Source: Camelus ferus (taxonomy: Eukaryota). Taken from it: a DNA stretch of 64,000 nt. Location: the NCBI RefSeq assembly GCF_009834535.1, contig NC_045697.1:116376001-116440000 (forward strand), given 5' to 3'. Numbering within the stretch: position 1 is the first letter of the stretch; each line of letters begins with the position of its first letter. Positions 25,442-38,399 of this stretch are shown one piece after another. The translations under genes were made by a program, and so were the position numbers. The notes below the pieces were generated by a model. It worked only from the letters and a program-made list of their open reading frames with translations. It had not been told where the DNA came from and made no database searches.

Positions 25442-25642
25442 GAAGTCGGCAGGGAGGTGCAGCTTGTACAGCTGCAGGATGGACTGGAGCAGGCTGGACA
25501 CCTGGCTGGATACAAGGACCTCCTGGCCGAGTTTCGAGTCGTCCACCACCTTCCTCTGGCTCGTGGCCACCTGGACGCTCCACTTCTCTGTGTCAGCGAC
25601 GATGCAGACGGCCTCGGCGATGGGCTCGTCCAGCACGGGGTG
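25442..25642 (-). CDS. FNIP2: FNIP2 coding exon (201 nt; [25 protein letters not shown]...LHLPADF)
   Basis: Acceptor ccccgcag|CAC, donor TTC|gtaagt; overlaps ORF 25310..25636. Confidence 0.96.
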
Positions 25643-26499
25643 CTGCGGGGGAAGCAGAGGGTCAGCTCTTCCCAGGTGTCACCCAGAGCATCCAGAAGTT
25701 TCTGAGCAGCGTCAGAGGGGCGGGAGGGGGTGATGGGCACCCCAGGAGTGGGGAGCTTCCCGGGGACTCACACTGGGTGTTATCGGACTGTCATGTAAAA
25801 ATTTACTTGACAGAAACAGCATGCAATCATTATTTCCCTGTGGCACCGGGAGGCACACTGTAATGTCATCATTATGTGGGGGTTCACAGAAATGTGCAAA
25901 GGCACATGCTTTCCCTCCAGCCCCGGACATTAAAGTCCACTTCCTTCTGCAAGACTGCACCCTCCTTTTAAAATGGACACTTAGAATGAGGACAAGGATT
26001 CTACCCCCAGGAACAAGGTCTGGCAGGTCACAGCATTCCCTGGAAGGCATGGCCTGAATCACAAAGCAGTGTGGATTCAGTAACCGCGTGCCGCAGGCGT
26101 AGATCAGCTCCAGCTGCCAACAGCAATCAGACGTGGGCAGCGAGTCACTTATCTGGATGGGGCCAGAAAGTCCAAGTACAGCTCCTGAGGAACAGACTTA
26201 AGACACAAACGCCCAGGAGCTGCGCAGTGACGAGAGCCATGCCCCAGGGCAGACGGGGTGACCATGGACGCAGCCAAGGAAAAGGGCCTAAAAAACTGAA
26301 TTCCTTGAAACTGATCACCATATGACTGCCTCCCTGCCAGGCCCTGTGCCACACAGGTTGAGCGTCCACACGTGAACAAACCAGCAGCACAAGGCCGCCC
26401 TCCCGGCCGCAGGACAGAAGCAAGGAGGCGGGTGGGAGAGGGTACAGGCGGACGCACCCTGCAGCCAACGTCCTCGCAAACATCCTCTGACCCTCCTTT

Positions 26500-26965
26500 A
26501 CCAAAGGAAACCGGGTCTGGCCTCGTCCCCTGTGCGGTCCCTTCCCTGCCCGGTGGTGGCCACTGTCGCTTTGGCTGCTGAGTCTAGCTTCCTCCCAATT
26601 TCCCTTTGGAGAAGGACCTTTCCTGGGTAAGTCCTGGAGGGCCGCCCACCCTCCACCGCATTGTGGTAACACGACCCAGGCAAGTCCGATTAGATGCTCC
26701 GGGGATGCCCAGCGGTCCCCCCGTAGCAAGGGGTCAGGAAGCCCAGGGTGCTTGGTGCCACCGTGTTCCTGGCCAGACAGCAGCTCCTACAGACCCCTCA
26801 GGGAGTTCCTGGTCCCCGACTTCCCGGGATGCCTCGTTCTCCGTCTGGCCAAGCCTAGTTCGTTGGTCTTCTTATCATTTCTAAGACTCCCTGATATTCT
26901 TCCAATAAAGTCCCTTCTGCTTAAATTAAGAGTCGGTTCCTGCTGCTTGCAGCGAAGGAGCCACA
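26500..26965 (+). mobile_element. Old ERVL-type LTR fragment (LTR16/LTR33-like)
   Basis: 3' end ccaataaagtcccttctgcttaaattaagagtcggttcctgctgcttgcagc; 5' boundary uncertain. Confidence 0.5.
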
Positions 26966-27082
26966 CAGCACACAGCCCCGCCGCGGACAACCGTGGCCTG
27001 GGATTTTTACGACAGCACTCGGGGCTGGGAGGGAGGCTGATGTCGGAAACTCCAGACATTGGCTGTCATACTGTACCCTTTT

Positions 27083-27225
27083 GTTTTTCTTAATTTTTTA
27101 AAAACATTTTTTATTGAGTTATAGTCATTTTACAATGTTGTGTTGAATTCCAGTGTACAGCACAATTTTTCAGTTACACATGAACATACGTATATTCATT
27201 GTCACATTTTTTTTCACTGTGCTAC
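27083..27225 (-). mobile_element. L1 3'-end fragment
   Basis: ttttttattgagttatagtcattttacaatgttgtgttgaattccagtgtacagcac. Confidence 0.75.
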
Positions 27226-28862
27226 ACTGTGCTTTTAACAGGCGACCTGGCTCCCCAGTTTGGGGCTTTTTCACCTGCCTCGCTTTGCATTCTTTCTCAC
27301 AGATGAGGAAAGAGGGACTGGTGTGCTGAATGAGAGCCGTGTTGGGGCCTACATTTTTCCTCTATTACACCCAGGAAGGAGACTGTCAGGACTTAAAATG
27401 TGTTTCCCATTGCGAAGAAGAGCCGATCAGGCAAGTCTAATGGCCAGACCTTTCCTTAAGCGTCTGTTCAACGAATCTTAAACGTGAGAAGTGAAGAATG
27501 TGGCAAGGCGGCTCCTGGAATGAATGAAGCCCAGTTTCCCAAGGATGGTTCTCACTTTACAGACATGGAAACCAAACTGTACAAACGCCACACACATGAT
27601 GACCCGAAGTCCCGCTCCCACCTGAAGGCTTCTGCGACCCCGACTCCTGCCCTTCAGAGACAGACACACACACGCACCAAAACAGGGAGTGCGGAAGGAC
27701 GGGGTGACTGCAGCGACTTCCCTTTACCAGTTCCTGCAAGTTCTTGCTCAATCCGCGTCATAAATTCACAGCAAGATGACAATGCCTTGTCATCAGCGTA
27801 ACCTGGTCCTTAGTGAAGTCTGTCAGGTAGGTTTTTTAAGTTCACAACTGTACCAAGTTCACGCACACGCCGGGTACACACAAGGAGCCACTCACCAGCA
27901 GTGACACACGTGGCACCGTGCTTCTGAGAAGGGAACACTTTAACAAGTGCTGCAGACCACCAGGCGATGATTCAAACACCTGTCAGACCCCTGACCTCCG
28001 CAGCTCTGTCCTTAGGACTTGGTTCTGATGGTCACCAAAGAGCAAAGGTTCTGACGTCAGGCAGGACAGGGCTGGGGCACTGCCTCTGTCCCCTGCCAGC
28101 TGGGGGCCGCCCGGCTTCCACGTCTGTGAAGTGTGATGGCACTTAAGTCACACAGTCTGTGAGAAAAACGTGTCTGCCACGTTAATCTTGTCTCCAAAAC
28201 CCTGCGACCTCCTAACATACCACACTGCCATTTCCCTCAGCGACGCATCAACCTGCTCCAGCTCGTCCCCCGAAACGCTCCAGTGCAGACTTGTCTTTTT
28301 CCACCTTAGAGCTCTCTGCGCCTGCGCCCACCTCCCCCGCCCGGGCTCCCTGAGAAGGGCCCCCTTGTCCGGGGAGGGAGGGCGCCTGCTCTTATCAGGC
28401 TGTCCCTGAATGTCTCCCCGCCTCCCTCCTAAACGGTTCGGGTCCTCAGGGACCCAGCTTGGGTCCAGTCTCCCCGGCACCCCACGTTCACCATCAGGCA
28501 TTTAATCACTGCCTTAACGTGCTCACGATTTCACATCTGTTTGTCTCCTCAGTGATGGCATAAGTCACTCCAGGAGAGAAGTCACATTTTTCTTCCGTAG
28601 CCTCTGAAATGAGCGTAACAACACGCCAGGCGTGGGCTAGCTATCTGATACAGGCCAGCCCTGGTGAATAATCCTCTGCTCAGATTTCTTCCTTTTTAGG
28701 GTCAATCCAGTTCCTGTTAAGTCATCTGCACAACTGTCAAGATCGTTCTCCTGCACGTCCCACGTTTAAATGACCAACCTGTCACGTGGTTACCTATTTC
28801 TCATTTAAGAGGCGGAAACGACCACCCCCCACGTACGTGTCCTTCAGCTACTGATGAGTTCA

Positions 28863-29035
28863 TTTTTTAAAAATTGTCTTCATTTATTATTATTATTATT
28901 ATTACTATTATTATTATTACTATTATTTGCAGGAGGAGGTGATTAGGTTTACTTATTTATTTATTTTAGAGGAGGCACTGGGGACTGAACCCAGGACCTC
29001 AGGCTCACGCTCCACCACCGAGCCACACCCTCCCC
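28863..29035 (-). mobile_element. tRNA-derived SINE (Vic-1-like) with (TAA)n tail
   Basis: Reverse complement of ggggagggtgtggctcggtggtggagcg...gaggtcctgggttcagtccccagtgcctcc...aaataaataagtaaacctaatcacctcc; flanks share actgatgag. Confidence 0.8.
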
Positions 29036-29767
29036 CAGCAACTGATGAGCGCATCACGACATCCCCCCCCGTGGGGGCCCAGGGCAGCTCTGCGCTACCG
29101 AGAGAAACACACGGACACAAAATACAAGAGCTCACGACGTATCCTGGCGTGTCAGAAACGGAATCTAGGACGTCATCCAATTGCCTCTGACATTTTAGCT
29201 CGAGTCTGCCAAGCCGTCTCCTTTGAAACCTGAGGACCTGGTCGGGGTGGAAGTCCCTCGGAGATAAGACTGTGACAGTGTGTGTGACGGTCGCAGTGTT
29301 ATGTCGAGAGGAGAGAACACGGTTGCCTCTGATGTGACTTGGCCAAGAAACTTCCCGTCTCTATGCCGCTGGCGTGGCCCAATGTCTACTCTCAACAGAG
29401 CCTCTGTGAGCCCTCAAGGGGCAGCCCGGAGTGTGCAGCAGACGACAGGTGTGCAGATGGACGTCATACTCACTGCCGGCCCCACACTCTGCACACGACT
29501 GACAACTGCAGACTTAACCATAGGACAAGCCACCAGGCAGCCTCTTCCACACACAAGGGGGCAGGTGATTGGTGACTTGGAGGCTAGGAAGGAATTTTTC
29601 TCTGAAATATTCTAGATTATAAAACATAAGATTCTTGGGGATCATGTAAGCACCAACTTGTTAGCCGTCCTATAGAGGATAACTCTGGCAAGTTCCATAG
29701 CTTGATTAAACTGAAGTTGAGTAAGAGGATGCTGCGTGAGAAAACACCTTTCAAAGAGACCCTCACC

Positions 29768-30259
29768 CAACAGCCCACACAATTTAGTAACAAAAACCCA
29801 ACCTAATCCCAAAATGGGCGGAAAACCTAAACAAGCAGTTCTCTGGTGAAAACATATGAATGACCAATAGGCACACGAAAAAATGCTCAATATCGCTAAT
29901 TATCAGAGAAATGCAAATCAAAACTACCATGAGGTATCACCTCACACCAGTCAGAAAGGCCATCATTCAAAAGTCCATGAATGATAAATGCTGGAGAGGC
30001 TGTGGGGAAAGGGAACCCTCCTATGCTGCTGGTGGGAATGCAGGTTGGTGCAGCCACTGTGGAAAACAGTATGGAGATTTCCCAAAAGACTAAAAACAGA
30101 CTTATAGTATGATCCAGCAATCCTGCTCCTGGGCATATATCTGGAGGAAACTCTAATTTGAAAAGATGCATGCACCCTAGTGCTCATAGAACACTATTTA
30201 CAATAGCCAAGACATGGAAACAGCCTAAATGTCCATCGACAGATGACTGGATACAGAAG

Positions 30260-30310
<51 letters not shown>

Positions 30311-30807
30311 GGAATACTACTCAGCCACAAAAAATAAAATAATGTCATCTGCAGCAACATGGATGGACCTGGAGATCATCATTTGAAGTGAAATAAGCCA
30401 GACAGAGAAACAAAAATACCATATGATATCCCTCATATGTGGAATCTAAAAAAAGAAAAGGAAAAAAAAGGACACTATGAACTCATCTACAAAACAAAAA
30501 CAGACTCACAGACTTAGTAAACAATCTTATGGTTATCGGGGGAAAACGGGTGAGAGGGGATAAATTTGGGAGTTCGAGATTTACAAATGTTAGCCACTAT
30601 ATATGAAAATAGATTTTAAAAGTTTCTTCTGTATAGCACAAGGAGGTATGTTCAATATCTTGTAATAACATTTAATGAAAAAGAATATGAAAATGAATAT
30701 ATGTATGTATATGTATGACTGGGGACATTGTGCTGTACGCCAGAAACTGACACATTGTAACTGATGGCACTTCAATAAAAAAAAATAAGAATCAAACAAA
30801 AAAACCC
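29768..30807 (+). mobile_element. 5'-truncated L1 (ORF2 end and 3' UTR) with perfect 16-bp TSD caaagagaccctcacc
   Basis: ORF 29860..30093 ([21 protein letters not shown]) is L1 ORF2p; TSD at 29752-29767 and 30808-30823; contains (GT)n at about 30262-30307. Confidence 0.93.
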
Positions 30808-33142
30808 CAAAGAGACCCTCACCATTGGTGACAGCACCATGACTTAGTGACAGCAGCCTTCATGTGGCTTCAAGTAAGGCTCTGACTGGTCGCAAAGAGA
30901 AAACGGGTGATTCTTGCCATGACGGTTACCTTCTCAGCATCCGCTCTTGGTTAAATGTCCTCAGATCCCCTTTGCGTCCTTAGGAGCCAAGGCCCACCTC
31001 CATCACCACACCTCCATGTCCTTGAACTGAAGATTTAAGCAAGCTAAGCTAGTCCTTGGCCAACCCACCCACTTCTGGATGGCTGAGAGCCACCTGCCAG
31101 GATGCAGATGTGTGGACTGCTGACCAGTGCCCAGTCTCACATCCATGCAGAGGAAACAGACCTGCTGGTCACCTGCCTCCTCCTGTCTATACAACCATCC
31201 AGAAAACGAGATACTAAATTTCCAGCATCCTGACTTCCCTGATGTCAGTTTTACAGAGACGGACAGACAGAACCTCCTGCGGCGGCCAGGCTGGCCCTGC
31301 CTATGGTGAGTCTGAAGCTCCTGCAGCTGGCCTGGCCCCCTAGCCCTCTCCCGGCTCATCCCCACTGCAGACGCCCCCTCCTCCAGGAAGCCTCTGTGCA
31401 TCGCCCCACACCACCCCCTACAGTGGGCTCTCTGTATCACCTGTTGGATTTCGGTCCCTGAAGGACAGGGCCGCGTCCTCTCTGCTGCTGCTGAGAGTCT
31501 CCTTCATCCTTGATGTCCCAGAACTCAGTGTGGGCTTCTTTCTATTCACCCTACTCAGGAGTTGGTGGGCTCCTTTAATCTGAACGATCACGGCCATTCT
31601 TTCTTCCCGTACTGTTTCTCTTTCTCCCCTTCTGTATGTGCTACAAAATCATCCCGTTCCAGCCTCCACGTCTCTTACTTGCTCTGTCATAATTTTTCCT
31701 GTATTTTTGTCTCAGAGCTACAGAGAGTGTTGTACCAAGTGTCTCCTTCATGAATTCTAATTCTCTCTGGCTGTATTTAATCTGCTCTGCTTTTTAAACT
31801 ATCCCTTGAGTTTTAATGTCCATGACTGTGTTTTTCCATTTTAGCAGCTCTTTTTAGTTCTTTAACAAATCTACACAATCATGTGTTGTATCAGACCATC
31901 TTTCCTCAAGGTTCTGGTTCCTTCTTTTTACACTGGAGCCGTTTTAAAGTAGTTACTCGGCAGTTGTTTCAGATTGTTCTAGGAGGGCGAAGCCTCCTGC
32001 CTGTACCCCCTCATCATGGTGGGTAATTTCTGACCGTGAGCCTATCTTGCTGGAGTTGTTTATTTTATGTCCCATGTGTGTTCCCTGGAAGCAGGTTCGG
32101 TGTCTCTCTGAAGTCTTAGGAGTTGTGGTAAGGTGGTGGAGGAGAGAGAATCGATCGTTCTGGTCTACCGGACACTGCTGAGGGGGCCTGGGGCTGGGGT
32201 GCAGGGGAGACACCTGCCCTTCTGCCTGTTCCTGCCGGGCGCCCTGCAGACCCACGTGCCACTCCGGGGATGCCACAGAAGGCAGGCCAGTCACTTGCGG
32301 AGGAAGGAGACAGCTTAAAGTCAAGGGAAGGGGCTCAGGGTCAAAAAGGTCGTTGGAGTAACGTTCTGTAAGGATGTGTGTGATGCCACAATAAAATGTG
32401 AGAAGGCTAGGAGCTTTTTTTTTTTTTTCAGAGAATGGCACAGACATCCAAATATTTTGCACACAATGGAAAAATTGGGGAAAACATCAAAATCAGCGAC
32501 GTGTCTAATATTTACAAAATACAAGAGGAATTATGCCTGAGAGACATAGACTAAACTTTTTATTCTCCTTTAGGGGAAGAAAATGAGCACAAAAGCCAGA
32601 GCGTCATATCTGAAAGCATCACCCTCCCCCTTCACCCTCTAAAGAAAGGCCCTCATCTGCTTCTCTTGCTCTGGAAGGCAGGGTCATGGCCACGATCACA
32701 GCCTTACGTGGAGGAGCCTGCACCCCCACACCCAGTCCTGTGGGGACCCTCGGATGTCCTGGAGCCTGGGAGAGGTGCTGGAACACACAGGGGTGCATGC
32801 AGCCCCCCTCCTGCCCTGGGGCCCACAGGCCTGGCGGGACAAGGACGTGCCAAGGGGCCTGGGGTGGCTTCAGAGAAGAGGCAATGTTGGAGCAGGTCCT
32901 GCAGAAGGAACAGAGGCTGGTCCGACGATGCCAGAGGGAGAGGGAGTCAGGGAGGGCAGGCCAGGAGGAGACAGGCCATTGAAGGATGGCTCATGGCATA
33001 CTGTGCCGGAAAGGAGGCGTGTGCAGAGCTGTGCGTGTTGTGTCCACGTCCGAGGACATAAGAGGGGCAATTCTAGCCAAGGAGCCTGGATGCTGCTCTC
33101 CAGGAGAAATGGGTCCCCGGGAGAGAGAAGAGTAAACGATCG

Positions 33143-33279
33143 GGGGGGAGGGCGCAGCTCAGTGGTGGGGTGTGTGGTTAGCATGCACGAGGTCCTGGGT
33201 TCAACCCCCAGTACCTCTGTGAAAAATAAATAAATAAACCTAATTATCTCCCCCACCAACAAAGATTGGGGAAAAAAAA
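33143..33279 (+). mobile_element. tRNA-derived SINE (Vic-1-like)
   Basis: A-box cagctcagtgg, B-box gggttcaacccc, tail aaataaataaacctaattatctcccc; imperfect TSD agtaaacgatc/agtaagcaatc. Confidence 0.85.
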
Positions 33280-36200
33280 GTAAGCAATCAAATCCACATT
33301 GGAGGAGGAGCCCTCCGTGGCCCCATGCAGGACGACTGGACGCAGGTGCTGGCTGCAAGGTCACTGCACTCACGGTGAGGAGGGAGGGGGCCATGAAGCC
33401 CGCAGACTGGAGCGGGCACTACGGGAGAGATCAGTACTGTTTCCACATCGTTAGAACGACAGTCCGCTATAGGAGACACATGTTAACATCATACCCAGTG
33501 TGCACGCTTATAGTGAGTGTCCATCGGTGCCTGTGCGTCTGTACACGTGCACACACGCCCCGAAGGTTTCACTGGATGGTAAGACGGCGCTGCAGGCCCA
33601 CGGCCCCGCCACACACATCGCCCAGCACAGGGGTGAAGGCAGCGAGGGGTGCTCTGAAGCAGCAGCCCCATCCCCCAGAAACACTCCCCACAGCACTGTG
33701 TCGGGTTGCCACTGACAGGAGGCCACCCCAGGGCCGTCTGTTACGGAGGTGATGACTGATCACTCGCTGGGACTCGCTGTTGTTTTGGGAGACTTCCTGG
33801 TCCATCAGGCTTACTTAGCTATTCATAGGCCTACATCCCCACCGAGCGCTCAGCACCACTCCTGATCTGTGCTGCGGCTTTCTGCAGATATTTCTGGAGT
33901 CAGTCTGTTGCTCCTTCAAAAATGAAATGAAAGAGGCTGCTACACCCAACTGCCGCCTGGTGTTGTGGATTTTGCTGAAAATGCCTGAGGTCCTGGAGCG
34001 CGGTTTCTTGAAGAGAACCAATAACGTGGGACATGAATTCTGGTCCTGATGCCCCACCCCTGCAGAGCGGGGCGCCTGCCCTGCTCCTGGCCACATCGCT
34101 GGCGGAGGGAGAGTGGCCCTTGTCCACGCTGAACGGGTGACTGTCCGGGTTCTGTCCTGGCAGCCCCACGGGAGCCTCCTGGGAAACTCACTCACGAAGC
34201 ACGGCCACCTGTGTAACTGTAACTGCTGACAGCCATCAGGCGTCCGGTAAAGTCCCAGGCACCACGCTACACACTGCATACGCCCCACCGCGCAGTCTTC
34301 ACACCAGACTTTACGTCCTGTTATTTCCTGAAAGATGAAGCTAAGGCCTAGAAGATTAAAGAAACCTGCCGAAGGTCACGAAGCCACAGGGGAGGAGCCG
34401 TCACTCAGATTCAGGCACGCCTGCCTTTAGAAGCCGAAGTTTTAACTGCTAAGTGATTATTTTATCTGTTCCTCTAAACACGCGTTTCTGAGGCTTAGCG
34501 AGACCCACTGATTTCCTTGAGGAACAGCGAACGGGTGGTAATGCCGAAGCCATCAGTGTAGAGTCGGTGCCCCTCCACCACCCCACAGCTACCTGTAATT
34601 TAATACCCTGACCCAGCCCTGGTCAGCAGTGCCCCCAGCAGTAGGGCATCTGGGAGAAAACACAAAGAGAGAAAAAGTTCTTGGAGGGTCAGAGGCACGA
34701 AGGGAAGCTGGCTCTCTCACCCTCTCTTGCCCACATCACCATCTCTAGTCAAAAGGAAAATAGAAGAAAGAAGCCACGTTTAGATGTGGCAGAAAAAAAA
34801 AAAAAAGAAACTAAATATGATGTTGGCCTAATTTAAGGCAGCTGTGTAATCTATATGTTAGGAGGCAGAGCAACAGTTCAAATGACAGAAAAGAGGTAGA
34901 CGGTGGATTAAACAAGAACATGTGTTTAAATATTTAAAAACCATCAGAATCTTCCCATGTGAAAGCCGATAATAAAAACGGAAATAAAGTTAATGTGTCT
35001 TTCTTTGATAAGAGCCTACAATAAGGAAAGGCATGAAAAGAAATTCTTAGAATTGGAAGCTCCAGACACCATCTCTCAGTGAGAGAAGGAACCCATGAGC
35101 CGGCCCACCGCGGTTATAAAAGTTCACATTTACACGGGACAGATTATACAGTCCAGTCACACACAGGCCTCGACAAGAGATCGGTAACTGAAATCAACTG
35201 CTTTTCAACAATTACTAAAAATTCCTCTTTAAAAACAATTGTGAATATCAAAGCTGGACGAAGTCTGGCATGAACAGAAAGACGTTCAAAAAAAAAACAA
35301 GTGATGGTAAAGCCACGTACGCTGATCTCTTCTTCCTCCATCAGCTCTAACTCTGGTCCCGCACTCTGTCTTGGCTCTTTGCTTCTTTCTCTGGGACCAC
35401 ACTCAAGAATTGAAACAGTGACTAGGCTAATGGAGCAGTAAATTCAATAGAATGTCCACCCACCTCCTCATTCATTTCTCAACAAATATTTGTCAATGGT
35501 AGTTGAAAGTAAGGCTGTCTTTACTTAAACACTGCCGCAGACCAGAGCCCCAGTCTGAGAAGTGGTTTACGTGGAACGCTTACTTCAAAAGCAGAATTCA
35601 TTCTGAGGAACGTGCCAAGTAAAATGGGAACTCCACTAATGCCAAATGGATACCCTCTGAATGTATTAAAAGTCTGAAAATACTTTTGTGACCCCTCCAC
35701 AATTTCCTATTAACACCTAGGCCTGGCTGCACTGTGGATGTGCCACAATTTGACACAATATTGGCTTATCATGCCCAATAAGTTTCCACCTCTCAGGCTG
35801 ACCGCAAAGTCTAAAGAGATGCAAACAGCTGTAGTGTGAAAACGCTACTACTAAAAGGAAGAGGAAATGAGAGATGAAAAGCCTTTCAGAGAACAAACAG
35901 AGGGAACGTGGTTTTTGTTGTTTTTTTCTCCTTTAATTTAAGAATTACAGAGCCAGATGGTCACCATGAAAACCTAACAAGCAAACACCTGAACTTGTCA
36001 GCCTGTGGAAAATCTCAAAAGGGTCATGAATGGTTCTGCGGTTGGTGAGTTCAAGGAGGGGCATTGAGCAACAGATGCCGTCTCCAGGGTATTCAGACGA
36101 CAGCCCGTCAGAAGCAGAATACAGGGCTTCACAGGAGGAGGGCGCACCGAGCAACACAGATATTCTCACAGAGCAAACGGACACAGACAGGAGAGAAAGC

Positions 36201-37532
36201 CCACAGGGTTTGCATATGTGATCATAAACACAAGGTGCCAACAGACAAGGAGAGGAGGGCCCCTCATTCCCTGGATAAATGTGTGCAGGTCTCTGGAATC
36301 ACTGGGGCTCCCCACGTGGTTACCACAGCCTGGAGACAGCTCCGCACACGAGGGCACCTCCTCTCTCTCTGCCGGGGATGGACCGGCCTCAGACGATGGA
36401 CAAGTCCCAGTGCTCACACAACTACGAGGATAAAGTGGAGGCATTCCATCCTCACAGAGACAAAAGTCACATCACCGGCTTCCTTCCAGGGACCTCCTGG
36501 GCGGGTGAGGTCACAGCAAAGGGCAGGGCCGCCTCTCCCCGGCTGCCTTCCTCCCCCACGGGGTGAGAACATCAGCTTCAGGGCCGCCCTTTCCTCCCCT
36601 TTTACACAAACGTCTTCCTCCTGCTTGGCCTGTGCCTGATGGATGCCTGGTCTCCACAGAGGAGATGCTTGAGGCCAGAGAGAAGACATACTGCCTTGTG
36701 GGTCACCACGCGAAAGAGTTTGCTACGCGGGGGAGGGTGGTAACCAGCCAAATTCCAACTCTCCCAAAGCCACGAGGACTTTCCCTGTTGTACAAAACAT
36801 AGTATGTTTCTAATACACGACATCTGTCTGTGCACAGCTGCCCCGGAGCAGCTTGGCTAAGAGCAGGCCTCGGGCTGACAGTCTCCTTAACTGCCAGCCT
36901 GGCCACGCCACAGAGAGCAGAATGGCGCTGGGCAGCCACCGCCAGGCGGTTCTCCAGTAAGACGTGTTAGTCTTTACACAGTCATCCTCAAGCCGCCATC
37001 AGAGTGAGCTTCATGACAAATGGGTGAAAATAAATCACTTTTAGGAACTTGGAGGGATTGGATAAGAAGCAAACCATATGTGACGACTCTTTGGTCCTCC
37101 CTGTGATGGCTGTAATTGTCACCGCCTGTGCCGTTTGCTCTGTCTGCCCACCCCTGCCTTCCCCGGAGCCACCCTGTGCCCTCCTCTGTCCAGCATGGCC
37201 CCGGGACGTGACCTCTGGACTGCAGAACTATCTGCATCAGCCATGGCCTTGCTCTGTGGCTTCCGGCTGGGCTCAGAGGCAGGAGCAGAGGGATGTCGGG
37301 GTCCCCCCTTCACCCTGTGCTCCTGTAGCCAGGCAGCCCCTCTTGCACCCCTCGCTGCTTTGGGCCCCCATGCTCAGCCTCCAACTGCTGCTAGTCCTGG
37401 GTGCCTTGGCAGCCCGCGTTCCTCCTGTAACCCTGCCCACGGCATCTCCACCACCAAGCCAGTAACTGCAGTCTCTTGGGTCTGAGCACCTGCTGCTGAC
37501 GCACCCCCCGGCTCCCCGCTGGCATCACTCAC

Positions 37533-37689
37533 GTGGACTGTGTGGACCAGGTCGGCCGCCAGGCACTGCTTCAGCCGCTCGTCGCTGCCGGTCCCGTGAA
37601 GCACCAGGTCGGGCACGTAGGTGGGGCAGTAGCCCGCCAGCAGGGAGCGGCCGAAGTTTCTCACGTTCGGGTTGCTGATGCTCTGAGAC
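37533..37689 (-). CDS. FNIP2: FNIP2 coding exon (157 nt; [32 protein letters not shown]...LVHTVH)
   Basis: Acceptor tcctag|G, donor CAC|gtgagt; FNIP C-terminal domain start NFGRSLL. Confidence 0.96.
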
Positions 37690-38399
37690 CTAGGACGACA
37701 CCAGCTGTTAGAACACACGACCAGCGCGTGCCCCTTCTCGCACTGCCGCTGAGCCTGAACCCCGGGGGGGTGCGGGTAAGAAGATGGATTCAGGTGGTTC
37801 CCATCGGGACCCCTCCAGAAAGCGGGGCATTGGTGCGCCTGCCGCAAAAGGAAAGGAGTGTAGAGGAAGAAGGGTTTCCTTAAAGGGGAAGAGCAGGAAA
37901 AAACGAGCATTCTGACAGCTGGTTGAGTCTGTTCCTGTGCCTCACACAGCACATCACCAGCAGGCAAGGAAGGGGAAGTCTCCCCAGGGGCTCTTGCCAA
38001 GCCTGGCTTTGGGAGCTGGACACAGCTGCACATCCGTCCAGGACAGGGAGGAACACAGCGATCTCTGCTTCCGGCTCCGGGCCCCACAGACCAAACCGCC
38101 GACCTGCCACAGTGTTATGAAGAGGTGGTGCTTCCCGGCCCCTTCACACTGCTCCGGCTGCAGGCGGCGGGGTGTGACCCGCCACCACTGAGGCGCGACG
38201 GGAGATGGCCCTCCCCGCTCCCCAAAGCCACCGCATCCGTCCCTTACTTCCCCCAAACGTCTCAAGAGCCGCAAAGGCCCTGCCGGCCGCCTGTCTTACG
38301 GCTCGGCTGCTCTAATCCCCCATCGTTCCCAGAGGAAGGGCAGGCCCCAACCTTCGAGAACGCAACCCTGACCCGCAACACAGCGCACAGCGGCAAAGA

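Noticed and set aside
33143..33220. tRNA-like A/B boxes (also at 28970, 46420, 50880, 51454)
   Set aside because: SINE heads with AT-rich tails and TSDs, not tRNA genes
35951..36044. Possible plus-strand cryptic exon (ttacag...ttg|gtgagt)
   Set aside because: Splice-like motifs only; no partner exon or coding support, and such motifs are common by chance
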